This document shows, in pieces, positions 26,600 to 38,719 of a DNA stretch of 64,000 bases (its first letter is position 1; each line of letters begins with the position of its first letter). The DNA comes from Octopus vulgaris (Eukaryota): positions 116,188,001-116,252,000 of the forward strand of contig OX597814.1 of NCBI GenBank assembly GCA_951406725.2. The letters run 5' to 3'. Made by a program: the position numbers and the translations under genes. Below the pieces are notes generated by a model that did no database searches, had not been told where the DNA came from, and saw nothing but the letters and a program-made list of their open reading frames with translations.

Positions 26600-28778
26600 A
26601 TTGTAGCAGGGAACAGATTTGGTGAGATTTGCATATATTACTCCATAGCAGTTTGATTCGGTTTAAACAACTTAAATATTGTGGAAGGACTAAGTTCATT
26701 TTGCAACTACATATACCCGCATACGCACGCATACACACGCACACATACACCTATATATACATATATCTACGTATATTCACATATATCTTTATGCAGAGAC
26801 ATACATGTGTATTTACATACATACATGCGTACATTCATGTATACATACACATATATGCATAAAAATGTACATGCATATATGTACATAAAATATGTATCTA
26901 CTATCATTTACGTAAATATGGATGCATATACAGATATACATACATATATTAAATGTAGACAAACACGCAAAGAAATGAAAAAGAAAAACACAGATTTACC
27001 GTTGACGCTGGGCATATATTTCAATGTCTGACATAACACTATTAAAGAAAGATAAGTCATATTAATTACCTACTATCTAAAGGCTGATTTAATACCCGAA
27101 AGATTGAAGAGTGACATTTGACCAAAAGACCGTATTTTACCATAAAATCTCATTAAATTCCATTATTTTTCTTCAATCACCTTCTACATAATCAATCTTT
27201 GATTGATAGATTTCACATTCCAAAAGTTCTAAGTCTCTTGACTTTAATTGTTTTTGCAATGTTTTTGAGAATATCGTTTAGTAATGGTAGTTTAGAGATT
27301 ATCATCTAGTAATGCCTTGCTTGTAGCAACAATGGGGCCTCTGCGTGACAACCAGAAATGCTAAAAATAGTTGCCATACCTTCCTAAAATTGGTGAATAA
27401 TAGATTGGATAATGCGGATCTTAATAAACTGTGCTAAAATGAAGTTAGGTGAAGTTAAGGCTGTCATAAACAGAATGACTTACATCTCAGGTCTACACCA
27501 CGACAGCTGTTTCTGGTTCTAAACATCAAGAATGTTAAACTATAAATATACGAAACATACATATAGTATTGCATACAGTACTATAATCACAAAAGCGAAG
27601 GGAGTGGTTTCTAAAGAGAACTAGGAACACAGAACACCGCGTAGACATATAGGCATGCATATATATTCAGTGATTGATCAGAATATAATGTTGGTCACTC
27701 AAGCCCCCAAAATGCAAATTGGTAATATTTAATAAACTTGGAGTGATAAAAGTCTAGAACAATACAGCGCTGCCATCATTAAATGGGTCCTCATTATAGA
27801 TCAGAAATCAATCTACAGATTCACCCATTTCAGCGTTACCTCCCATCTCCAATTCTCTCGTCTTGGATATTCTGGATTTCAGGATAGATTTCAGTAAATT
27901 AGCGATCTAGACATCAGAATATTAATGAACATAAGGAAATAAGTTACACGACGTCATTATCTACTGAATAAAATAAATAAATAAAATTGATTCAAAATGT
28001 TAAATCAACTGAGGTGGCTGGCATAGTTGATCATTAAAGCCCCTCAAAATGCTGGCCTCCAAAACTTCGGAATTTACAGTGATGACGTTTTAAGAATCGT
28101 GTAATATGAACTGCAGCACCACAAACAGGATTAGAAAAGGTTTAATAGTGTTAAAATGATTAAGGTAAACGTACCACTTAGAACTAAATTTATGATAGCC
28201 AATGTCGTATTTAAAATACCAGATATAAAGACCGATAAACGTTGCTCCGATAGAAAGTCAAACAAAGATACAGTGTACGCGCACACTGATATGCATGCGA
28301 GCATGCATGTTTGCTTACATACATATGTACGTATAAATGAATACGCATGAGTGCGCGTACATGTGTATGCATGTTTGTGTATGTGCGCGAATGTTTTTGT
28401 ACGTGCGCATGCATGTTCGTTCATATATGTGTCTGTGTGTGTGTGTGGGGTGGTGGCATGCGTGTGCGCGCCCATGTACAAATGCGTACTCTCGCATCAA
28501 TACGGACATGCACGCAAAACCATATCAGCGCGCCTACACACCTACATATACAACTGCATACTTGCACATACCACCCCTTCCCACTTCCCCTCCTACAATC
28601 TGGCTGATTTCCTGACCACATCGCGGTCTATTTCCTGTCCACTACACGGTCAATTTCCTGTTCACTATGCGCTAATTTCCAACTAAATGTTACCGATATA
28701 CCAACACCAAACCACGACACCGCGTGACCGTCCTCAACCAACCACAGCCCACCTTACAGTAATAGCAATCAGCTTGTG

Positions 28779-28849
28779 TCATTCAAATTCAAAATGGCCG
28801 AAGACTAGCATCACGCTTGAAACTCAAGAGTACCAACGAATTTGAATGA
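28779..28849 (+). ncRNA. Type-I hammerhead ribozyme fold (U4C core variant), within PLE-derived element 28779-28922
   Basis: Stem I TCATTCAAATTC-aaaa-TGG / CCA-ac-GAATTTGAATGA; core CCGAAGA; stem II AGC(atcac)GCT; GAAAC; stem III ACTC(aa)GAGT; site GUA. Confidence 0.65.
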
Positions 28850-28941
28850 AACTGTTTTCTTCCATACATGTAACTCCCAATAAATTGGTTGAGTGTCCCT
28901 TTGTTCTTTCAATCACTCGTATATATATGTATATGTATATT

Positions 28942-29018
<77 letters not shown>

Positions 29019-29170
29019 GTAATGAGAGAGAGTCCACATGTGGTCACTCTAACGCTAGATATAGATCCCCGAAGGGAATCCACCACTAAAGAATTGTTCT
29101 CAAGAATTAATTCAACGCGCCAAGAATGTAAGCGAGCAGGACAAATGAAAAATAACGAAAAAATAGAGTA

Positions 29171-29246
29171 ACTCTATACAATTGTTTCACCGTTAATAGA
29201 TTGTGTAATTTTACTTACATAATCATTTTCGGATCGTCAGTAGAGT
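29171..29246 (-). ncRNA. Type-I hammerhead ribozyme (mirror copy)
   Basis: Reverse complement of 29666-29741. Confidence 0.72.
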
Positions 29247-29665
29247 ATATCATAAGAATATATTTTGCTGAGTCAAACGCCAACATCCACACGAAGCCGA
29301 AGAAAAGCGAATGGCACAGCCGATTATATCTGCAGTTATGTTCAAATATCCTCATTCTCGCGCGTTAAAAAAACCCGGATGTAAATACTACCCCAGTAAT
29401 TTACTGCCGGTTTGAGAACATATTAATTATTTTAAATTGATGTTATTAATTAGTATTCAATTTTTTTCACTCGTATCATGATTTTAATTATAAATTAATA
29501 TGTTCTCAAACCGACAGTAAATTACTGGGGTAGTATTTACATCCGGGCTTTTTAACGCGCGAGAATGAGGATATTTGAACATAACTGCAGATATAATCGG
29601 CTGTGCCATTCGCTTTTCTTCGGCTTCGTGTGGATGTTGGCGTTTGACGTATATTTTTTTGATAT

Positions 29666-29741
29666 ACTCTACTGACGATCCGAAAATGATTATGTAAGTA
29701 AAATTACACAATCTATTAACGGTGAAACAATTGTATAGAGT
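29666..29741 (+). ncRNA. Type-I hammerhead ribozyme
   Basis: ACTCTA-CTGACGA-tCCG..CGGt-GAAAC-AATT-GTA-TAGAGT: 6-bp stem I, palindromic stem III ACAATTGT. Confidence 0.72.
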
Positions 29742-30026
29742 TAATCTATTTTTTCGTTATTTTTCATTTGTCCTACTCGCTTACATTCTTGGCGCGTTGA
29801 ATTAATTCATTCTTGAGAACAATTCTTTAGTGGTGGATTCCCTTCGTGGATCTATATCTAGCGTTAGAGTGACCACATGTGGACTCTCTCTCATTACTTG
29901 TATTAATAATTTTTACTGTATCCCAGTCTTTATACGCTAGGCCACTTGGTGTTTTAAATTGATGTTATTAATTAATATTCAATTTTTTCACCCTTATCGT
30001 GATTTTAATTATATACACACACACAC

Positions 30027-30075
<49 letters not shown>

Positions 30076-30178
30076 TGTAAGGATATATGTATGTATGTAT
30101 GTATATATGCTTTCGGTGTGAGTACATATCTATCTATTTATCTATATATCTATGATTGTATATGGCTGTGATATATTC

Positions 30179-30230
<52 letters not shown>

Positions 30231-30924
30231 GCAATTAAAATCAAATGGCTGGAATAAGGAAAGACATTGCGTTGTAGATTTGACTTGGAGTAGCAGATTA
30301 TATCTAAGTTTCGCAAACTTTCAAATTTGGTGTAGGGAAATGTGAATGAGAATATTTAGTACTATGGTCGATAAAAGTCTTAAACGGTGCCAAAATCATT
30401 AAGGAGAACAGACAGACTCTAGAGATACAAACAACAAAGTTGATTGAAAAAGAATTCCACATATTGTCTCTCTAAGGTATCACGAGGACAGGTAAGCAGA
30501 AGGAAAAAAAATTCGTTTTCATTTTGACAGTTTATAAAACCATCAAAAGATATTGAAAGTATTATCTCTCCTTTTCTCGATTTTCTCTTCTTCCTCTCAC
30601 GTACACAGAAGCACTCACACAAAAATATTCACAGAAATGAAGTGAATAGAAAGCTATCAGCACAAGCATACATACAAATACAGAAATGAATAACGTGTTG
30701 GCGCATAACAAGTTATAGCTTCGTCAAACAAAAAGATTCGAATTATAAAAGAGTTGTTGAAAGTAAAAATCGACGCCTACAACCACAATGAACCGTAAAA
30801 TATCTCTATAGATACACCTAAACATTTAAAATAATCACAGGCCAGCTTTCGAAATGAGTACTGTACATTAATAATAGAATCACAAGTCGGACGCAACGTA
30901 CGAGCGTTCAGATTTTGCTGAACT

Positions 30925-31136
30925 ATCTGCACAAATGATTTATTTATAGTGATCAAATGATTAGCTCATTCCCTCCATGAAGTCGACTCTCCAAGAACAG
31001 GTGCACAGTGTACCACATGTAAGATGTCGAAGTGATTGCAGACTAACGAGAGATGAAGCATTTTACTCAAATACCGGTTCAGGAATTGAATCCACGATCT
31101 CGCGAGCAACGCACTAACCACTGGGCAATGCGCCCT
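30925..31136 (-). mobile_element. Decayed SINE family C variant
   Basis: CTAACCACTGGGCAATGCGCCCTCA head (reverse complement), GGAATTGAATCC B-box. Confidence 0.6.
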
Positions 31137-31149
31137 CATTATATATTAA

Positions 31150-31515
31150 TATTTTCTACTATACACACAAGGTCTGATATTTTGGGGGAAGGGGCATGTC
31201 GATTAGCGACCCCAGTACACAATTGGTACTTAATTTATCGACTCCGAAAGGGTGTAAGGCAAAGGTGGAATTTGAACTCAGAACGTAGCAGCAGACGAAA
31301 TATCTATTTCTGAACTACCCACAAGGGGCTAAACATAGAAGGGACAAACAAGGACAGACAAAAGGGATTAAGTCGATTATATCGACCCCCGAGCGTAACT
31401 GGTATTTATTTAATCGACCCCGATAGGATGAAAGTCAAAGTCGACCTCGGCGGAATTTGAACTCAGAACGTAAAGGCAGGCGAAATACCGCTAAGCATTT
31501 CGCTCGGTGTTGTAA
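31150..31515 (-). mobile_element. SINE family B dimer
   Basis: Two GGAATTTGAACTCAGAACGTA modules. Confidence 0.85.
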
Positions 31516-31635
31516 CCTCATTATGCAATTAATACTAAAAAAAAAGACATTAAAGTTCTCCAGAAAGATAAAAAATACCTTATATATATCGAGTGATATT
31601 TACAGAACCCAAACGAAACATTTATATTACATATA

Positions 31636-32032
31636 GGCGCAGGAGTGGCTGTGCGGTAAGTAGCTTGCTTACCAATCACATGGTTCCAGATTCATCCCCA
31701 CTGTTTGCCACCTTGGGCAAGTGTCTTCTACTATAGCCTCGGGCCGACCAAAGCCTTGTGAGTGGATTTGGTGGACGGAAACTGAAAGAACCCCGTCGTA
31801 TATATGTATATATATATATGTGTGTTTGTATGTCTGTGTTTGCCCCCCCCCCAATATCGCTTGACAACCGATCCTTGTGTGCTTACATCCCCGTAACTTA
31901 GCGCTTCGGCAAAAGTAACCGATAGAATAAGTACTCGGCTTATAAAGTCCTGAGGTCGATATGCTCGACTAACGCCGGTGCTCCAGCATGGCCGCAATCA
32001 AATGACTAAAACAATTAAAAGAGTAAAAGAGA
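31636..32032 (+). mobile_element. SINE family A, full length
   Basis: GGCGCAGGAGTGGCTG head to CCAGCATGGCCGCAATCAAATGACT..TAAAAGAG tail. Confidence 0.92.
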
Positions 32033-32090
32033 GACTAAGAGTACCTCTAATAGCGAAGACCTCCCATGTATAAGAAACCTTGTTGTACAA

Positions 32091-32423
32091 CACAGGTTCT
32101 CAAAGCAGGCGCTACTGCCCCCGGTGAGCATTGAGATTGTCCAGGTGGGCGCTGGTACCCAAAGGGACGATAGAGAAAAATGAAGCGTTGGGAGACAGGC
32201 AGTGAACTGGGGGACGCTATATAATATTTTTATACTATTATTATATAGTATTGTATACAAATTATATAATATTATATTAAGTATCAAATGATTCATATAA
32301 TGATTCATATATATATTAGTAAAATATAAAATATTTGTTTATATATAAAAATAGGGGTGGGGACGCTGAGAGTATTATGTGGGCATGTGTGGGGCGATGA
32401 CCCAAAAAGTTTGAGAAATTCTA
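32091..32423. mobile_element. hAT-like MITE
   Basis: Ends CACAGGTTCTCAAA / TTTGAGAAATTCTA; approximate 8-bp TSD TTGTACAA / TTGTTACA. Confidence 0.55.
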
Positions 32424-32545
32424 TTGTTACAACAGTACAAAAATCATACTTATATGTCAAACATAAATGAGTTAATTTGTTTAAATACATACATACATAC
32501 ATACATACACACACATACAAAAACACCCACACCCACGCATATATG

Positions 32546-32778
32546 CAGGGTGCGATGGGTAAATTTTCGCCGTTTTATATACTCTTTTACTCTTTTACTT
32601 GTTTCAGTCATTTGACTGCGGCCATGCTGGAGCACCGCCTTTAGTCGAGCAAATCGACCCCGGGACTTATTCTTTGTAAGCCCAGTACTTATTCTATCGA
32701 TCTCTTTTTTGCCGAACCGCTAAGTAACGGGGACGTAAACACACCAGCATCGGTTGTCAAGCAATGCTAGGGGGACAA

Positions 32779-32809
<31 letters not shown>

Positions 32810-33774
32810 CATATATACGACAGGCTTCTTTCAGTTTCCGTCTACTAAATCCACTCACAAGGCATTGGTCGGCCCGGGGCTATAGCAGAAGACACTCGCC
32901 CAAGATGCCACGCAGTGGGACTGAACCCAGAACCATGTGGTTGGTTAGCAAGCTACTTACCACACAGCCACTCCAATTTCGCGCATGCACATTGTATTTT
33001 TTTATTTTGTCGACTACACAGTACAGTAGGTTCAGTTGGGCACCGTCTGTGAGAAAATATCACCATGACCCAATGCTCTCTGCCATAAATTTGGAAACGA
33101 CATGCTGTACTGCTTGGCATTCAGTCGGAAGCACCAATACGAACATTTCAGAGTGTTTGGGTGTCTGAGGACATGTACCGAGAAGGATAAAAATCAAAAT
33201 CCAGACAACATCACGGTGTTTGGAGTGGTCACTAGTGATGGCGACGTTATGCCTCCATTTAACTTGCTACACGCACTCAGATTCAATACGGAGGTCTACA
33301 TCAAGTACCTGGAGGAGGTAGAGCTGCCCTTGGTCAAGAAGCAGGCTGCTGGAAGATCCTATGTCTGACACCACGACTCTGCACCACGCCACATGCGCAG
33401 GAGTCATGGCTGTCAAACAATTTCTGCAACCTCATTACCCCTAACATCTGGCCACCTAACTGTAACTCCCTTGATTATTATGTGTAAAGCGCAGTTGAAC
33501 GAGAGACCAACAAAACTCCTTGTTACATCAAATATGAACTGAAGGCAAGGATTATGGCAGCATTCACCAACTTAAACAAGAAGACCGCCCACAAGTGTTG
33601 CAGGAGATTCTGGAGGCCATGGTTAAATACAATGACAATATTATTGAATAAATTTACTCTTTAGTATTTCAAGATATTTTTATGTAATTTTGGTAAATAT
33701 ATTTGTTAAAATGAGATATCAGTATCATTTTCATTTTTGCGTAATTTTGATGGCAGTTTATTCACTGTACCCTG
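32546..33774 (+). mobile_element. Decayed Tc1/mariner-superfamily element with a SINE A inserted near the left TIR
   Basis: Ends CAGGGTGC.. / ..GTACCCTG-TA; transposase remnants VFGVVTSDGDVMPPF, DSAP, IWPP..LDYYV. Confidence 0.8.
32580..32974 (-). mobile_element. SINE family A
   Basis: Family consensus match. Confidence 0.93.
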
Positions 33775-34058
33775 TATATATATAAGGACATTACTACTAT
33801 ATTTTGCTGAAGGGATTGAATGCATTTTCAAATAACATTTCTTGAGGGGATGATGATAATTTTGCTTATTTCGCTGGGATTCTTGAATAATCTTTTTATT
33901 GCACACCAAGCATTTTCTGGTTTTTATAGAAAGTATTTTAACAGCATTAATACATACACGCATATATACATACATATACACATACATACATACATACATA
34001 CATACATACATACATACATGCATACATACATACATACATACATACATACATACATACA

Positions 34059-34432
34059 TCTGCAGATATAAATATCTCTTTGAAAATCAGAGAAAAAGAG
34101 GATGTCTATGGACAACTGCTTCGAATCACCCAGATTCTATATACAGACTATGAATTCATATTCATACCAATAATAATTGGAACACTAGGTTTTGTTAGTA
34201 AATGCTTAAAGGAGAATCTGGATAAACAAGGGTTTTCAGAACGAGAAATCGACCGGCTGATCCGTACATTACAAGTCCAAACTGTGAGTGGAACAGTAAA
34301 ATTATGCAAGACTTTTCTCAAGTTCCAAATGTGAATTTGTCTGTGTTAACTACATTCCAAAGGTGGAGCCTTGTATCTTTGTTGGAAACCTCAGTAGAAG
34401 ATTTATAATAATTAAAAAATTAGAAGAGACAT
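34059..34432 (+). mobile_element. R4/Dong-like LINE 3' end (RLE C-terminus plus 3' UTR) within (CATA)n
   Basis: ORF 34080-34334 KEDVYGQL..IPIIIGTLG..GTVKLCKTFLKF; (CATA)n upstream, CATACATAC downstream. Confidence 0.85.
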
Positions 34433-34980
34433 ACATACACCTGCGAGAATGCGAGCACATATATCTGTAAGGCACTCAGTGACCAATAACAGAATGTTAT
34501 AGTCGATTCTACTGTGTGTCTGACATCATATGCCCAGGTTGTGAATGAAAGTGTAAAGGGGCCGTGGCCGTTTGCGTGGTGATTGCATTTTATTGGTTAA
34601 TTTTCAATCATCAACCAATGAGCGATAGTTTGGCATGCAGCTGTCTTCGAGAATTTTGTCTTATTCATTTTCACCTTCTCTTCGTTGCATGGTATGTTGT
34701 TTTAGATTTTGCTAATTATTTTCTAAAACTTAATATTAATAGTTTTTTAAAACACCTTTCTTTATAGTACAGCTTATAATATACTACCTGCTCTCCAGTA
34801 TATCTCCGTATAATAATAAACCAATACAACAATTATTATCGATTTTATCGTACATTTTTAATACTGTGACAGTCACATTATTTCAATTGGTCGGGTGTCA
34901 TTTATTAGAGGCTGCCACACCATTAGGAGAAATACGGTGCATATATAAAATATTACAAGCGTTGCCTTAAAAAGTACGAA

Positions 34981-35719
34981 ACTAGAACTGAAAAATTCAA
35001 ATGCTCAAAAGGTTTACAGAATGTCATAATAAGCCTTAAAAAGTATGGGACTAGCATTGTTGCTCAAAAATACTGGAATCACTATATGTTGTACATTCTC
35101 TGGCATCCTTTTATCACAAGAAATTTGTTTAGTTCATCGAAATTAACTTGTACTAAAAATTTAGTTACATTATTGTATATTCATTAAAAAAAAAACAATT
35201 TTGTACAAATACTAATATCATCTTTACGCAATAACTGATAATTTATATAAATTTACAAGTAATCCATCAAAAATAATTTAGTAATAATTTGTTCAATTCA
35301 CACAACTTTTCCATTGATGTGTATCGTAATGCGAATTATCTTTGCTTATAATTATTTCGGTTTCGTACTTTCGATGTTATTTAGATTCGACTTCATCATA
35401 AATTCAGTTTTCTTTTTTTACTATTATCATGGTAATTTTCATGTAGTATGAAATGTTTTTTATATACTTTTCTATGAAGAATATTATAATGAATTTACTT
35501 TTTCGAAGCTAAAGATCATCTTTTGTAAATTTTCAAATTTTTATATTAAGAACATGGTTTGACATCGTTATTCACACATGAGTCTCTTTTCGTTTTAAGA
35601 TGCCACAGAATGTTCAACATATAATGATTCCAATATTTCTGAACAACAATGCCATACTTTTTGAGGTTTATTATGACATTCTGTAACCCTTTTGTATGTG
35701 CGCATTTTTCAATTCTAGT
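34981..35719. mobile_element. MITE-like element with ~125-bp imperfect terminal inverted repeats
   Basis: TTACAGAATGTCATAATAAGCCTTAAAAAGTATGG vs CCATACTTTTTGAGGTTTATTATGACATTCTGTAA. Confidence 0.7.
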
Positions 35720-35741
35720 ATATATACGCATACGTTGAATC

Positions 35742-35926
35742 ATTTACTTGCCTCAGTCATTTGGAGGCCATCCTGGAGCAGTGCATTAAAGGGTTTAGTC
35801 GCTCAACTCGACTACAATACTTTGTAAATATGGTATCTATTCTATCAGTCTCCTTTGTAGAATCGACAAATTACGGGACGTAAACAAACCAACAACTGTT
35901 GTAAAGCGGTGGTGGAAGCAAAGACA

Positions 35927-35961
<35 letters not shown>

Positions 35962-36125
35962 CACACATACACACAAACGCATAAACGATGGGCTTCCATA
36001 CAGTTTCCGTCTAAAAAATGCATTCACGAAGTACTGGTTGGCCCGGGGCTATAGTAAAAGCCATTTGCCCCAGATGCCCCGCAATGAAACAAAATGCAAA
36101 CCCACGTGTTTGTAAAACAAGCATC
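35742..36125 (-). mobile_element. Old diverged SINE family A
   Basis: Colinear but degenerate motifs. Confidence 0.75.
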
Positions 36126-36144
36126 TTAATGTTACTGCCGTATG

Positions 36145-36193
<49 letters not shown>

Positions 36194-36305
36194 GTGCGTG
36201 TATGTATGCAATTATGTTTGTATGTAAGTTTGTAAGTACACACACACATATGTATAAATATGTTTTATATATATATACATATATTTATCATATATATATA
36301 TATAT

Positions 36306-36598
36306 CACGGTGATCGACGTGACCGTCCAGTATATCAGATGTTGCCACACATCGCTGGTCACAATGCGCTCCACATTGTTTTATGCCTTCAAATGATGCT
36401 ACCCCGCTGGCTAAACGAGCAGGCCAACAGAAGAAAGAGTGAGAGAAGGTTGTGGCGAAAGAGTACACCAGGGATCTCCACCACCCCCTGCCGGTGCCTC
36501 GTGGAGCTTTAGGTGTTTTCGCTCAATAAACACTCACAACGCCCGGTCATGGGAATCGAAACCGCGATCCTACAACCGCGTGTCCGCTGCCCTAACCA
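36306..36598 (-). mobile_element. SINE family C subfamily with alternative tail
   Basis: Head and body match ~52690-52860; 3' part differs. Confidence 0.85.
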
Positions 36599-36638
36599 TA
36601 CACACACACCTCCATACACACACACACACACCCACACC

Positions 36639-36692
<54 letters not shown>

Positions 36693-37109
36693 CTTAAATT
36701 ATGTTGGTAATGCCAGTCATTTGGAGCAAAGTCTTCAGATATAATTATAGAGCATTGAAACTGAAGCGAAAAGAAGACGTAAATGGCCGTTAACAGATTG
36801 AAAACATTCCACTCCTACACATTCCATGCTAACAGGAAGGAATCATGGAACCAAAATCTAAGTGACAAAAGCAACAGTAAAACCAAATTTACCAAAATCA
36901 TTGACAAAACGGAAAAAGAGAGATTGATGGAACTTCAACATGAAAGTTCCTAAATCCAAATCTCTATCGTTTCTCGCTGCGGTTCCTTAATGTCTACAGA
37001 TTTTCACTAAACGTTATACAAAACAAACTTAGTGCACGGAGAGATGTCTCGATGCCTTTCAAAATAGTAAACATCCATTGATTCATATGTATGTATGAAT
37101 ATATATATA

Positions 37110-37189
<80 letters not shown>

Positions 37190-37660
37190 TGTATAGTGGT
37201 ACAAAAAGGAATCAATGTTTACTGGAAATAGCAGTCGATAAATTTGTGAAGCTATAGTAAAGCTTCACTGTGTATATACTGGCAAAGGCGTGTGTGGGCA
37301 GCGAGCATAAAAAATTTCGTCTTACCTCGAGGAAGATCATTAGATAATCGGATAATCTTGTACCTAGGTTTGGCACTCTTCAAATACGTTTGTTATCGTA
37401 AATTAATCTTCTTCAGTTAGATCTACCTGGATAATATTTCAATTGTTGATGCATGTATGCCAGTATACTCGCCTGAACACCTAGCCGTTAACCGAACCGA
37501 GAACAGGGAATAGAATTTTTCAATGGAAAATGAAATATTGCAATACAAACGTATTACTTTCCAGTTAAATAAAGCACCGTAAAGGTAGAAGTAAGCACAT
37601 AAATGTGAAACAACATGCAAAAACAGTACTCGAATACCAGAGGTAGAGAAATATGCATTA

Positions 37661-37785
37661 TGAATAAAGCTGCATAGACATAACAAAAACTGTCACACAG
37701 AGCTACACGTTCACGTTCGTCCGACGAATGGGAACGTGAAGCTCTGAGTAACAGTCTTTGTGATGTCTTTGCAGCTTTATTAATA
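37661..37785. repeat. Fold-back hairpin with hammerhead-like core (PLE pLTR)
   Basis: Arms AATAAAGCTGCA..CAGAGC / GCTCTG..TGCAGCTTTATT; CCGACGA-ATG(ggaa)CGT-GAAGC-TCTGA-GTA at 37721-37750. Confidence 0.7.
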
Positions 37786-37787
37786 AA

Positions 37788-37866
<79 letters not shown>

Positions 37867-37869
<3 letters not shown>

Positions 37870-38063
37870 TCTTTTAGTCTTTTACTTGTTTCAGTCATTT
37901 GACTGCGGACATGATGGAGCACAGCCTTTAGTCGAGCAAATCGACCCCGGGACTTATTCTTTGTAAGCCCAGTACGTATTCTATCGGTCTTTTTTGCCGA
38001 ACTGCTAAGTGACGGGGACGTAAACACACCAGCATCGGTTGTCAAGCAATGCTAGGGTGACAA

Positions 38064-38110
<47 letters not shown>

Positions 38111-38281
38111 CATATATACGACAGGCTTCTTTCAGTTTCCGTCTACCAAATCCACTCACAAGGCATTGGTCAGGCCCGGGGCTATAGCAGAAGACACTTG
38201 CCCAAGATGCCACGCAGTGGGACTGAACCCAGAACCATGTGGTTGGTTAGCAAGCTACTTACCACACATCCACTCCTGCGC
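37867..38281 (-). mobile_element. SINE family A, full length, in (TA)n
   Basis: Family consensus match. Confidence 0.93.
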
Positions 38282-38340
38282 TATATATATATATATATAT
38301 ATGAAAGAAGGTTTGAAAATGCAATTTTAAAAGGTGTTTA

Positions 38341-38388
38341 TTCACTTGACCGGTTTCACTTTTTTAGAAAAAGATTGTCAAAAGTAAA
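38341..38388 (-). ncRNA. Minimal type-I hammerhead ribozyme with U3-A8 core
   Basis: Minus strand TTTACTT-TTGACAA-tCTTTTT(cta)AAAAAGt-GAAAC-CG-GTC-AAGTGAA, followed by AATAAA. Confidence 0.7.
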
Positions 38389-38719
38389 ATGTAAAAGCTT
38401 TGTAAAAACTTTGTTGTGTTAAGTACTGGTTGTCACAAATTATTACAATACATATATACATTCTTGGATAATAATAATAAGAATGTTAAAACAGTTTACA
38501 AGGAAAAATGTTGAGAAAATATTAAAAAGTTCATTGAAAATATTAAGATTTCATTAAAAATCATGTTTGTTTGTAGGTATCTATATATACACAGAGAAAA
38601 TTATAAGTTCAAAAAGGTCATATTTTGTTGGTATATAAGGAGGAGCAATGTGGAATTGAAAGGAAATTTTTGTTGTTTCTCTTTAGTCTTTCACGGTTCA
38701 GTGATTTTTGGGACTGGTC

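Larger units (their letters stand above)
29013..30012. mobile_element. PLE-derived non-coding element: ~415-bp inverted repeat plus partial tandem repeat
   Basis: Arms 29013-29428 and 29493-29903 nearly identical; spacer 29431-29492 directly repeated at 29952-30012; flanked by (TA)n. Confidence 0.9.
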
